Below, piece by piece: positions 28,666 through 38,719 of a DNA stretch of 64,000 nucleotides. Below the pieces are notes generated by a model, which saw only the letters and a program-made list of their open reading frames with translations, made no database searches and was not told the origin of the DNA. Source of the stretch: Promethearchaeota archaeon (GTDB taxonomy: Archaea > Asgardarchaeota > Lokiarchaeia > Sigyniarchaeales > SOKP01); assembly GCA_048937405.1 (NCBI GenBank), contig JBHLNF010000007.1:64001-128000 (forward strand), in the 5' to 3' direction. A program made the position numbers and the translations under genes. Position 1 is the stretch's first letter. The number at the start of each line of letters is the position of its first letter.

Positions 28666-29171
28666 TTTTAATGTCAGCAGAAATGAAAAATATTGAAGAA
28701 ATTGTAAAAAACATTACTAAAATTATTTTAACAAATCCTCAAAAAGTCATTAGAGAAGAAGATCTTCGAAATTTAAGTAAAGAACTTGACTTTGAACAGA
28801 TTATGAGTGAAGTTTATTTAAATTTGAGAAATGTTGGTTTTGAACTGATTAAAACAAAATTCCTTGAACAGCAATATTACGTTTTAACCACAGATGGTAA
28901 AGATGATAATATTACGCCTTCACAATATGGCATTTTAGCCCTAATAATAGCCTTAAGTAAGGAAGTTGATGAAAATATTAAAATAAAGGATTTAAAGGAG
29001 ATTTTTAGTGATTTATGGGCTTCTGATATTCAACATTTAATTGATAACGATTATTTGCGGATGTTTGAAGAGTTAGGAATAATTAAAGTCACTCCATTGG
29101 GAAAAGCAATAATGAAAAATGTCATTAAGGATCTAAGATTACAAAATTTACTTAATTTATTTGAAAATTGA
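28662..29171 (+). CDS. Tandem winged-helix protein, KITE (ScpB/Nse1/Nse3/JetB)-like
   Basis: FEQIMSEVYLNLRNVGFELIK..YYVL..ITPSQYGILALII..LIDNDYL..IKVTPLG; overlaps the stop of the SMC-like gene. Confidence 0.55.
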   Translation: MILMSAEMKNIEEIVKNITKIILTNPQKVIREEDLRNLSKELDFEQIMSEVYLNLRNVGFELIKTKFLEQQYYVLTTDGKDDNITPSQYGILALIIALSKEVDENIKIKDLKEIFSDLWASDIQHLIDNDYLRMFEELGIIKVTPLGKAIMKNVIKDLRLQNLLNLFEN

Positions 29172-29205
29172 TGAAAACTTATAATTTAAAAAAAATAAAA
29201 AGAAA

Positions 29206-29634
29206 TTATTCTTCTATTGGGTTTTCTAAATCCATTTTAAATTGGTCAACAATCTTTTTTACGCGATCTGCTGAAGGGCCTGTCCCTCTTACTTCATTCT
29301 CATCAACAATTATTTTTCCATTCAAAATTGATATAATATTTTGATCTTCAATATAATTAACATGCCCTTTTGAAAATATAGTTGCAATTCTGTCGGCTAA
29401 AGCTTTCATTGGAAATGGTTCTTCTTCTAAACTCACATAGTTGTAGAATGAACTTTTGATAAGAAGTTTTGGAAATGATTTATTTTTCTCATTTTTTGCA
29501 TTAATTAAAATCAGATTTGAATCTTCGGATACTCCCTTTAATTGACCAACAAAGAATTTATCCTTATCAAGATAAACCTTGACAATCTTATCAATTAATA
29601 AACCTAACTCAGTATTATATTGTCTTAATGACAT
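29206..29634 (-). CDS. Lsm/Sm-like protein with C-terminal domain (SmAP3 type)
   Basis: VKVYL..FFVGQLKGV...NLILINA Sm fold; C-terminal GTGPSADRVKKI. Confidence 0.8.
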   Translation of the reverse strand: MSLRQYNTELGLLIDKIVKVYLDKDKFFVGQLKGVSEDSNLILINAKNEKNKSFPKLLIKSSFYNYVSLEEEPFPMKALADRIATIFSKGHVNYIEDQNIISILNGKIIVDENEVRGTGPSADRVKKIVDQFKMDLENPIEE

Positions 29635-29812
29635 GATCCATCAGATAATTCCTTTGTAATTGATTTAATTTATTTTTGCTTTTATACTTATTATAGTGAG
29701 TATTTTTTATAAAAACTATATCTTTTATATTCATTTGATATTATTATTGGAAAGATTAGTTATTTTAAACTCTGTATTTTATTAAATAGGAATATTTTTT
29801 AATAATATTAAC

Positions 29813-31021
29813 GTGAAACTAATTGAAGTTATCCAAGTAGACTATTCATCAGAATTATCAAATTTATGTCATTTAGCAAAGAATCTTTACAATTTAGCCA
29901 ATTGGTATGTGAGACAACAGTTCTTTAATCTCAATAATTTTTTAACTTATTATGATTTAGATTTCATTCTAAAAAATAAAGATGCATATCGAATTTTACC
30001 CTCTCAAACATCACAACAAATTCTCAAATATATAACTCGAAATTGGAAGTCCTATTTTAGAGGATTAGAAGAGTATAAAAGAAATTTTAAGAAATTTAAA
30101 AAAGGGCCCAAAATTCCACGATATAAGAAGAAAAATGGAGAATCTATAATAATTTTTACTAATCAGCAGTGTAAAATCAAGAATGGATATTTATATTTTC
30201 CAAAAAGGGTAGATCTTGAACCAATTAAAACAAGAATCACCGAAAGATTAAAAGAAGTGAGGATAGTCTCCTTAGGAGTAAAGTATAAAATTGAACTTGT
30301 ATATGAAAAAGAAGTGAAGGATTTAAGATTAGATAAAAATCACATATTAAGCATTGATTTAGGATTGACTAATCTCATAACTGCAGTAAATAATAATGGG
30401 TGCAAACCATTTATTATTAAAGGTGGGATGATAAAATCTATAAATCAATATTATAACAAGCAATTAGCATATTATAGAAGTATAGAAAATAAGAAAGGTA
30501 ATTTCACCGATACAAAAAGGATTCAAAAACTCCATTTAACTCGAAACAATAAACTTACTACCTTTTTTCATCGAATCTCTAAGAATATAATTGATTATTG
30601 TGTTCAAAATAACATTGGGGCAATAATAATAGGATACAATCATGGCTGGAAGCAAAAAATCAACATAGGAAAAAGAAATAATCAGAAATTTGTACAAATC
30701 CCTTTCCTGAAATTAATAAAACAACTCGAATATAAAGCGAAATTGAAACGAATTCATGTTTTAACTGTCAATGAGAATCATACTTCTAAATGTACTTTCT
30801 TAGATAATGAACCAATTGGAAAACATACAACCTATACAGGAGAAAGAATTTCAAGAGGGCTGTTCAAAACCTCCACAGGTGTTCTACTTAATGCCGATGT
30901 AAATGGGGCATATAATATTATGAGAAAAGCATTCCCAAATGCCATTTCGGTAGATGGGATAGAGGCATTCGGACTAATACCGCAAATACTACAACAAAAT
31001 ATTGTTGATATCAGTATTTGA
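29813..31021 (+). CDS. tnpB: RNA-guided endonuclease TnpB (IS200/IS605 group, no tnpA nearby)
   Basis: AKNLYN, SIDLG (RuvC-I), IIIGYN, VNENHTSK, NADVNGAYNI (RuvC-III). Confidence 0.93.
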   Translation: MKLIEVIQVDYSSELSNLCHLAKNLYNLANWYVRQQFFNLNNFLTYYDLDFILKNKDAYRILPSQTSQQILKYITRNWKSYFRGLEEYKRNFKKFKKGPKIPRYKKKNGESIIIFTNQQCKIKNGYLYFPKRVDLEPIKTRITERLKEVRIVSLGVKYKIELVYEKEVKDLRLDKNHILSIDLGLTNLITAVNNNGCKPFIIKGGMIKSINQYYNKQLAYYRSIENKKGNFTDTKRIQKLHLTRNNKLTTFFHRISKNIIDYCVQNNIGAIIIGYNHGWKQKINIGKRNNQKFVQIPFLKLIKQLEYKAKLKRIHVLTVNENHTSKCTFLDNEPIGKHTTYTGERISRGLFKTSTGVLLNADVNGAYNIMRKAFPNAISVDGIEAFGLIPQILQQNIVDISI

Positions 31022-31055
31022 AATAAAATGAGCATAATTTTACTTGTTTTAATGG
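30950..31055 (+). ncRNA. Putative omega-RNA scaffold / element right end
   Basis: Nested hairpin CAAATACT(30983-90)/AGTATTTG(31013-20) enclosing CAACAA/TTGTTG, overlapping the tnpB 3' end where omega-RNAs are normally encoded; boundaries approximate. Confidence 0.45.
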
Positions 31056-31060
31056 TCTAA

Positions 31061-31717
31061 CTAATCCAAAATATAATTTATAAGTTTGGAGATATTTTCT
31101 CCAGATGTAGCACTGGTTTTAACAATCTTAAGGTTTGGATTAATTTTTTTTGCATCTTTAACCATTTTATCAATATTTATATCCATTACATCAATTAAAT
31201 CAAGTTTATTGATCACAGCTATATCTGACATTTTAAAGAGCATTGGATGTTTTTCTATTACCCATTCACCCTCTGTTATGGATACGATTACTATTCTTTT
31301 CTCAGTACCCAAAATAAAATCGGAAGGACATATCATGTTTCCCACATTTTCAATGAAAAGAATATCAACCTCCTCTAAATCATAGTTTTTTAATACTTGA
31401 GAGATATGATATGAATTTAAGGCACATTCTCGACCAGTATTTATCTGAATTGTTTTAACTCCATGCTGTTCAATTCTATCAGAATCTATTCGAGTAGCAA
31501 CATCACCATTTATAACTAAAATTCTGTATTTTTTAGCAATTTCTTGAACTATCGATTCAATTATCGCTGTTTTACCTGCTCCTATCGCTCCAACAAAATC
31601 AAAAGCTCTTATATTTTTCTCTTTTAATATTTGAATATTTTGTTCTGCCAATTTATCATTATTTCCTATTAAATCTTCATTTAATTCAATTATCCGAGAA
31701 ATTTTCTTTTCAGACAT
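31061..31717 (-). CDS. hypB: Hydrogenase nickel-incorporation GTPase HypB
   Basis: GAIGAGKT, QINTGREC, ENVGNMICP, KHP.LF, INKLD. Confidence 0.92.
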   Translation of the reverse strand: MSEKKISRIIELNEDLIGNNDKLAEQNIQILKEKNIRAFDFVGAIGAGKTAIIESIVQEIAKKYRILVINGDVATRIDSDRIEQHGVKTIQINTGRECALNSYHISQVLKNYDLEEVDILFIENVGNMICPSDFILGTEKRIVIVSITEGEWVIEKHPMLFKMSDIAVINKLDLIDVMDINIDKMVKDAKKINPNLKIVKTSATSGENISKLINYILD

Positions 31718-31818
31718 CTTAATTTTTCAATTACTCTTTTAACTTTGATAGAATATAAAAATAAAGATTTACTCCTTGATAATTCTTGTGAATTTGAATG
31801 AAATTTGTGAATCAAGTT

Positions 31819-32760
31819 CTATCTTATGGGAAATTGATACTTATAAATTATATAAGCGCCTAAAATTCCTCCCAATTCAGGTAGGTAAACTATAATATAA
31901 GAAAGATCATACCAAATAAATAATAAAACGGGAAGTACCCTAAGCAATATGATAATTAATAGCAAAGATCTTCCATTCATTCTAACTGGAAGAAAATACA
32001 TAAGAGCGGTTACTTTTTTATTCATAATTGGAAATAGTGAATAGGATATTAATCCTAAAACTCCTCCCCACGCCAATCCGGTATAGATGGAAAAACTATC
32101 TAATGGATATATTGATATTAGAGAGAGTCTCAATAAAACATAGAATAAAGCTGTAAATAAACAGCAAGTTATGTATAATTTTATCAAAAAATTTGTTCCA
32201 AGGCTCATTTCAATATTTCTAGCCATAAAGTACAAAATAAATAACATGATAAATAAGAAGAATATGCTAATTACATCATATGAACTAACAAAAAGACTAG
32301 TAAAAATTGTATAGTATGTAAATTTGTATATTAATCCATGTAAACTTAAATAAAAATATTCTGGAATCTGATAAGCAGCAAAAACTAAAGCGGTAATGGA
32401 AAATATTATAATCACAGCAAATAAGATTTTCGACCCTTGATATTGGGAAGGCTTTCCATAAGACTTCTGATAGCTCCTTAATGTTCTTTCTCTTTGTTTT
32501 TCTTGTCTTCTCAAATATTTCCTTAAGGTTTTAGGGCCTCTATCCAAATATAGTCTTGATTCTTGATTTTTTGCTATACTTTTCTGATATCTCTGTCGTG
32601 GTTCTCTTGGAGAGGTAGGAACAACAGGTACATGCTTTAATTCAAATGTGCATTCATGATTTTCTGGTAAACGATGTTTTTTACAATATGTACCTCCGCA
32701 GTATTTACACGTAAATGGTAAATAACTAATCTGATCTCCGCAAAATTCACAATATGTCAG
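31819..32760 (-). CDS. AN1 zinc finger plus rhomboid-superfamily pseudoprotease
   Basis: Frame extends 71 codons upstream of the called start to CTG at 32760 (GGTGA upstream): LTYCEFCGDQISYLPFTCKYCGGTYCKKHRLPENHEC; membrane part has GLAWGG and PELGG in place of GxSG and AHxxG. Confidence 0.75.
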   Translation of the reverse strand: MTYCEFCGDQISYLPFTCKYCGGTYCKKHRLPENHECTFELKHVPVVPTSPREPRQRYQKSIAKNQESRLYLDRGPKTLRKYLRRQEKQRERTLRSYQKSYGKPSQYQGSKILFAVIIIFSITALVFAAYQIPEYFYLSLHGLIYKFTYYTIFTSLFVSSYDVISIFFLFIMLFILYFMARNIEMSLGTNFLIKLYITCCLFTALFYVLLRLSLISIYPLDSFSIYTGLAWGGVLGLISYSLFPIMNKKVTALMYFLPVRMNGRSLLLIIILLRVLPVLLFIWYDLSYIIVYLPELGGILGAYIIYKYQFPIR

Positions 32761-32942
32761 TCCTATTCACCAAGAAAGCAATAAAATATTTCAATACTAT
32801 GATCAAAGAATTAAAAAGTATAATAATGAATAATCATAATCCTTGATAATTTTTACTTTTTATTTTTTTAAATACCTTTTAATCTTACTTAAAAATTTTA
32901 AAAGTGAGTATTTAAAATAGAATGTCCTCCTAAAACATACGA

Positions 32943-33956
32943 TTAATCTGCTGCAATTGTCCAATATAGGTTCGTAGGAGGTGGAGTAAAGATCAGAACA
33001 TACGTTGTTATTAAAAATATCAGTAATGATCCACATAGAGCAATATATATTTTTTTATTCCATCTCCAGATGTTTTGTCCATCTAAAATGCCAATAGGAA
33101 TCATATTAAACGTACCAAGCATGAAATTTAAATTTGCTGCTAAACAAAATAATTGATTGAGGGGATAAATTGGAATTATAAATGAAATTATAAAGAGTAT
33201 ACTACCATATACAAGATTAACTGTTGGTCCTGCGGCTTTACATAATCCTGTGGTTCTGTCAATCGTACTTAATCCTAAGACAACAACAGCACCAGGTAAT
33301 GCCAAAGTAGGGAAATTTGTACCACCAGATATTAATGAGTAAATATTCATACCTATACCAATTACAGTTAACATCATCCCATAGGTCAATAATCTAAATT
33401 TTGTTTGAAGATTAAAATGACGTGCTACTTGTCTATGTCCTAACTCATGAAAAAGAAAAGCTGTGGCATAGAAACCAGCTAACATAAAAATTGCCCACTG
33501 ATATCCCTTAAGAGTTATTAAATTTGGTGTGAAGGTTATAATACCAATGAGATAAATTAATGATACACCTACTACAAAATGAAATAATTCCGATTTATGA
33601 GGTAATAAAATTCCCTTAAAATCGATTCCTGAATCAGGATCAAATGCATCTACTGGAATTTGACTCTCTTGGCGATACCAGGTATATGTTCCATCTGTGG
33701 TTCCTCGAACTACTCCTGGAGTAGTTGATTGTTGAGATCTGTATTCTTGAGAAATAGGCGCTACTTGTGTTGGCTGACTATAAGAAGGGGTTATAGTTGG
33801 AGCTTGTTGGAAACTACTAGATCCTCTTACAATACTACAATCGTGATTTTCTGGTTCTTTATGTCGTAAACAATAACCATACCCACACTCATTACAATAA
33901 AAGGGATCTCCAATTATTTCATCACCACAATGGGCACAATTTGTAATTATAAACAC
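32943..33956 (-). CDS. AN1 zinc finger plus site-2 (M50) intramembrane metalloprotease
   Basis: CAHC...CNECGYGYCLRHKEPENHDC; HELGH, AAGP..N, FNMIPIGILDG. Confidence 0.88.
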   Translation of the reverse strand: MFIITNCAHCGDEIIGDPFYCNECGYGYCLRHKEPENHDCSIVRGSSSFQQAPTITPSYSQPTQVAPISQEYRSQQSTTPGVVRGTTDGTYTWYRQESQIPVDAFDPDSGIDFKGILLPHKSELFHFVVGVSLIYLIGIITFTPNLITLKGYQWAIFMLAGFYATAFLFHELGHRQVARHFNLQTKFRLLTYGMMLTVIGIGMNIYSLISGGTNFPTLALPGAVVVLGLSTIDRTTGLCKAAGPTVNLVYGSILFIISFIIPIYPLNQLFCLAANLNFMLGTFNMIPIGILDGQNIWRWNKKIYIALCGSLLIFLITTYVLIFTPPPTNLYWTIAAD

Positions 33957-34154
33957 CTTTTTTTTCTGAAAGAAATATTTTTTATTAAATTATAATAATG
34001 AAGATTTAAAATTTTATTGAGAATATTATTAATTAATTATTTTCCTAAAGTTCTTAATAATCTTTACTTATACTTATTAACTCTAAATTAAGATAAATAT
34101 ATTAAGCCAAAGTATACTATTTAATTAAAGCTAAAGATTTTATTGGTCTATATT

Positions 34155-34316
34155 ATGAGTGAGAATGAAAATAATGATGACATGTCATTGGATGAGGAGC
34201 GTAAGAAATTAAAAGAAATGGGTGTCAACAGTACTTGGGGTATATTAACATCTGGAGAAAAGAAAAAAAAAAAGTCCGAGGATGAAGAAAAACCTGCTTT
34301 TAGAGGATTTCAATAG
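34155..34316 (+). CDS. Uncalled 53-aa charged small protein
   Basis: MSENENNDDMSLDEERKKLKEMGVNSTWGILTSGEKKKKKSEDEEKPAFRGFQ, coding-like composition in a gap. Confidence 0.6.
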   Translation: MSENENNDDMSLDEERKKLKEMGVNSTWGILTSGEKKKKKSEDEEKPAFRGFQ

Positions 34317-34387
34317 AAAATTAAAAGTTTTCACATATTTAAATCGTAAATGATATAAATTTATTTCATTTATTTTAATACACTTTA

Positions 34388-35995
34388 TTGGCTAAATTAA
34401 TAAACCAATCTGATGACAATTTGTCTATACCAGTTTCAATTCAGGATGGATCGTTTACAACTAACACATTAGCCTCAAAATATTTCCTTATTCATTATAT
34501 TAGCCTTATTTGGTTCTCATCTCTTCCCTTATTATTAGAATCTTATTTATTTTGGAAACTTGTAGATAACAATTTGTTTTTAATCATTTTGCTTTTACCT
34601 CTCCAAATATATATTGGATATGTAACCTTGGTAATAAGTTCTATTTTGTTAGCAAAATGTTTTTTAATTGTAACCTATATCATCCATCAACCTAAAGAAG
34701 GATTTTTTAAGACAGCGAAATTAGATAAAGATTATTATTTTTGGAGTTTAAGAGCCGTAATAAAAAAATGGCCTATATGGATTTCTAAGTTTATAACATT
34801 ACCATTAATTAATAAAATAGTTCTAAGATGGTTTAACAATGATTCAGAGTTTATTCACTTTGGTAAAAACGTCGTTATTGGACAGGGAACTTCTATAAGA
34901 GCTAGTATGATTCTTGGAAATAGCCTTATTATTAAAAAAGTAAAGCTTGAAGATAATGTAACCATAGGTTCAAATTCTTTTATATCCCCAGGAACACATA
35001 TTTCCAAGAATATTACATTAGGAGCAATGTCATTGACAAAATTTAATCAAGAAATTAAATTAGATTCTGATTCAGTTTCACTTGCCATTACTTCGACTCC
35101 AAAATTAAATCAAATTTTATCAAAAAAAAAAGATAATAATATTAATAGTAATTTAAATGAAAATACTATTCCAGTTAAACAGAAATCTGAGAAATTTATT
35201 AAAAATTTAAAATTTAATATCTCTATCTTTGGATTTCTCTACTTTATTTCAAACTCAATTCCTATTTTAGGATTATGGTATTATTTGAGTAGAGTTTTTC
35301 AACCAATTTTTTTACGGAATTCTAATTTTCTAACAATTTTTATAAATACTAACGTTTTTGTAATATTTTTAATAACACCTTTATTTCTTATAATGTTATA
35401 TATTATAAACTTGCTACTTGTAATTCTTTTCACTAAATTACTTTATAAAATACTCCAATATTTAAATCCTATAAAAGAGGGCATATTTAAATGGGATAAT
35501 AAAAATAAAGATTATAAATATTATTTCAAACGCTCATTTATACTAAGATATATGAAATGGAAAATCGTGAAGAGCCCATTTCCTTGGTTAATGAAATTTG
35601 CTTTCAATTACATTGGAAATTGCCAAATTGGAAAAAATTCAGTCATAGAAGATTCTTATTTAGCTAAAGAATTAATGAAAGTTGGAAAAAATTCATATAT
35701 TGGCAAGGCATTATTAGCAAATCACTTATGGGATAAAAATTTGACAATAAAAAAGATTTCTATAGGAGATAATGTATCAATCCTAGATAATTGTTGTATT
35801 TCTCCAGGAACAGAAATTCAGGAAAATGTGTGTCTATTGCCATTGTCAATAACTACCAAAAATGATAAATTAATCACGCATTCAATAAATTTTAATATTC
35901 CTTCAAGTAAAACTTTAAATAATAAATTAATTGACATTTATAATTTGCCTTTTTGTGCTTTATTTAACTCGAAAAAAAAACCCGATGAAAACTAA
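34388..35995 (+). CDS. Membrane protein with two TM-pair plus left-handed beta-helix (acyltransferase-like) repeats
   Basis: HQPKEG..F..YYFWSLR and NPIKEGIF units, each followed by hexapeptide repeats. Confidence 0.75.
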   Translation: MAKLINQSDDNLSIPVSIQDGSFTTNTLASKYFLIHYISLIWFSSLPLLLESYLFWKLVDNNLFLIILLLPLQIYIGYVTLVISSILLAKCFLIVTYIIHQPKEGFFKTAKLDKDYYFWSLRAVIKKWPIWISKFITLPLINKIVLRWFNNDSEFIHFGKNVVIGQGTSIRASMILGNSLIIKKVKLEDNVTIGSNSFISPGTHISKNITLGAMSLTKFNQEIKLDSDSVSLAITSTPKLNQILSKKKDNNINSNLNENTIPVKQKSEKFIKNLKFNISIFGFLYFISNSIPILGLWYYLSRVFQPIFLRNSNFLTIFINTNVFVIFLITPLFLIMLYIINLLLVILFTKLLYKILQYLNPIKEGIFKWDNKNKDYKYYFKRSFILRYMKWKIVKSPFPWLMKFAFNYIGNCQIGKNSVIEDSYLAKELMKVGKNSYIGKALLANHLWDKNLTIKKISIGDNVSILDNCCISPGTEIQENVCLLPLSITTKNDKLITHSINFNIPSSKTLNNKLIDIYNLPFCALFNSKKKPDEN

Positions 35996-36013
35996 TAATT
36001 TAAAAGCATTTTA

Positions 36014-36766
36014 ATGACAAATATAAATTCTCTGATAATTACAAACAATCAATTAAGAGTTAATATTACTCATTGGTTATATCCAATCTTAATTTGGCTT
36101 GCATTTTTCCCTACTAGTCTAATTTTCATATTTTTTTTCAACTTTTTTTCCTTCTGGATTGATCCTATTATTATAATATGTTTTTTACCGCTGTCTATGG
36201 TAATTTACTATTCAATTTTCATTTTGTTTATTCTATTGTTTGCTAAACTATTTTTAGTTCTTATTAATGTAATTCATCAACCAAAAGAAGGTATTTTTCA
36301 TAGAACTTTACAGGATAAAGATTTCTTATTTTATTTGTTAAGAACAAATATAAAATCTTTTGTTCTAAAAATTTTTAATTACTTTCCGTTACCCTGGGCA
36401 AAAATATTAGCCTTGAAAATTTTTGATGTAGTAATTCCGTATAATGTAGGTTTATTGGACAGTTATATTGAATCAGAATTTATAGAAATAGGTAATAATA
36501 CAATAATCGGTGAAGGATCAATCGTTATGAGTTCAATGATATTAGGAGATTTCTTACTAGTAAAAAAAGTAATGTTAAAAGATAATTGTACAATCGGTGC
36601 ATTTAGTGTAGTGGCTCCTGGAACGATTGTAGAGGAAGGAGCGATTTTAGGGATGGGAAGTTATACAAAAATAAATCAATGCTTAGAGAAGTATCATATT
36701 CATTATGGTCGACCAGCGAAAAATTGGGGAGAAATAGATGATAATTTTATCTCAACCCAAAAATAA
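36014..36766 (+). CDS. Membrane left-handed beta-helix acyltransferase-like protein (single repeat)
   Basis: HQPKEGIF, IEIGNNTIIG, VAPGTIVEEGAILG, YGRPAK. Confidence 0.78.
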   Translation: MTNINSLIITNNQLRVNITHWLYPILIWLAFFPTSLIFIFFFNFFSFWIDPIIIICFLPLSMVIYYSIFILFILLFAKLFLVLINVIHQPKEGIFHRTLQDKDFLFYLLRTNIKSFVLKIFNYFPLPWAKILALKIFDVVIPYNVGLLDSYIESEFIEIGNNTIIGEGSIVMSSMILGDFLLVKKVMLKDNCTIGAFSVVAPGTIVEEGAILGMGSYTKINQCLEKYHIHYGRPAKNWGEIDDNFISTQK

Positions 36767-36822
36767 ATAAAGTTCAAAATACTAATTTTAAATATTATAG
36801 ATAGATTTAAGGATAATTTAAC

Positions 36823-37089
36823 ATGGTTCATAAGGTATATTGCCCTACCTGTGAAGAAATTGTCACATTACGCAGGAAAAATTTTGATCATGTTTATCAT
36901 GAAGTTCTATGTTTCATGGTAATCCTAACTCTAGGGTTGGGCTTCATTATTTACTTTATCCTAAAGTATACTAAAAAACCGAATACTTGTCCTAATTGTG
37001 AATCTGAATTTGATTTAAAAAATCTATCAACAGAAACGATTAATATAGAAAAACCTTTTGAGTCGGGTTCTACATTTACTTTACCTTAG
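36823..37089 (+). CDS. LITAF-like zinc ribbon membrane protein
   Basis: CPTC, hydrophobic segment, CPNC. Confidence 0.7.
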   Translation: MVHKVYCPTCEEIVTLRRKNFDHVYHEVLCFMVILTLGLGFIIYFILKYTKKPNTCPNCESEFDLKNLSTETINIEKPFESGSTFTLP

Positions 37090-37342
37090 GATTCATCTTT
37101 TTATTACATCTAGGACAAATGAGATCTTTATCAGTAAGTTCTTTTTTCATTATTCGTTTTTGATATTTGCATTTTGTATTTGAACAAATAAGGATATATT
37201 TAGTTAAGTGAATTAAAGGCTTATCAATAGAACTTTTCTGTTTTTGTTCAATCTGGTTTTCGGATTTTTGATCTATAGTTTCCTTTTTTTTCTTTTGTTT
37301 TTTTTTTTCATCTTCAGATTTGAGCCATTTGTCTAAACTCAT
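37076..37342 (-). CDS. Small zinc-finger protein
   Basis: CSNTKC...CPRC; N-terminal MSLDKWL. Confidence 0.65.
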   Translation of the reverse strand: MSLDKWLKSEDEKKKQKKKKETIDQKSENQIEQKQKSSIDKPLIHLTKYILICSNTKCKYQKRIMKKELTDKDLICPRCNKKMNPKVK

Positions 37343-37474
37343 TTAAACTCACTTAGACAATTTCTAATTTTATAGTGGTCTATGATGTCAAATTATTATA
37401 TTACTTAGTATAAATAAAACCTAATAATTAAAAAAAGAGAAAAAAATAAAAATTTGTTTATCAATATTAATTAA

Positions 37475-38719
37475 TTAAAAGACTTGTACCTCTCCAGCAA
37501 TAAGTCTTTTTCTTAGTTTAAGGAAACTTTCTTTACTTAAGCTATCAGCTGAAACTTCTTCTGCTATTTTCCTTATTGAATCAAAATTAACGTTATCTGC
37601 TGGGATCAATTCAATTGAATTAACCCAAGGGTCAGTTATTGGACGTCCTATTTGAGACAATAATTTAACATGGGCTTCTAATATATCTCCTTGCCCTCTT
37701 TTAATAATAAATCTTGCAATTTCAGTACTTAATACATTATATAATTTTCCTACGTGATTTATTGGATTTTTTCCACATACAGCTTCTAAACTCATCGTTC
37801 TACAAGGTGTGATAAGCCCGTTTGACCTATTTCCACGTCCTACTTCACCATCATCACCAGCTTCGGCAGACGTACCAGTTATAGTCAGATACATTATTCC
37901 TTTTTCTATATTATCACCAACATTTACTTGACATGATACATCTCGTTCTGGGATGATGTCTGCCGCTAAATCTAAAACTGCTTCTTTTATTTGATTTGTA
38001 TAGCTGACATATTCCCCAGCATCATTGATAAATTTACTTACCATCGCAGCAGCAATAGTAATACCCACATCATTTCCAACCCTCTCTACCATTACTTTTA
38101 TGTCTTCCCCTGAAGCTTTACATTTATCCTTGAATTTATCTGAATTAATTAACTTTTCTGCTTCCAATGCTATTTTATCAACATCAGAATATGGAGCATA
38201 TCCTACTCCAAAACTCGTATCATTAGCAAGTGGAACTTCTTCAGTATGATGAGATTCATCAAAAACTCCTGTTAAGTCTATTGATCCTGGTCGAACAGCA
38301 TAATCAAACTGGATATCTTTATTTAAATCAAGGTTTCTAAAAATATTAGAAAGAACTTTTCGCTGTGTTTCTATACAAATGGTTGGAATAGGAATATATT
38401 CAAGTTTACTGGTACCATCGCCACATTCTGTAAGTATCTGATTTATAGCTCGTCCAACAATGAGAAAATATTGTGGTTGGATAATCTGACCTCCACCAAA
38501 TTCCGGTCTCGCAGTACCTCCAACTAAAGCGGCTTTATCAACATTATGGTGATAAACCCTATCAAAATTTTCAAGATAATAATTACATAATGCCCTAGAA
38601 CAAGCATCAGCAACAGCATCACAAACAGTATCTGGATGTCCAATCCCTTTCCTTTCAACTAGCTCTGGGAATTCACTTTTTTCAATTGGTAAAAAGTTAG
38701 CGCGAGTTATTTTCAACAT
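37475..38719 (-). CDS. mat: Archaeal S-adenosylmethionine synthetase
   Basis: [48 protein letters not shown]. Confidence 0.96.
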   Translation of the reverse strand: MLKITRANFLPIEKSEFPELVERKGIGHPDTVCDAVADACSRALCNYYLENFDRVYHHNVDKAALVGGTARPEFGGGQIIQPQYFLIVGRAINQILTECGDGTSKLEYIPIPTICIETQRKVLSNIFRNLDLNKDIQFDYAVRPGSIDLTGVFDESHHTEEVPLANDTSFGVGYAPYSDVDKIALEAEKLINSDKFKDKCKASGEDIKVMVERVGNDVGITIAAAMVSKFINDAGEYVSYTNQIKEAVLDLAADIIPERDVSCQVNVGDNIEKGIMYLTITGTSAEAGDDGEVGRGNRSNGLITPCRTMSLEAVCGKNPINHVGKLYNVLSTEIARFIIKRGQGDILEAHVKLLSQIGRPITDPWVNSIELIPADNVNFDSIRKIAEEVSADSLSKESFLKLRKRLIAGEVQVF

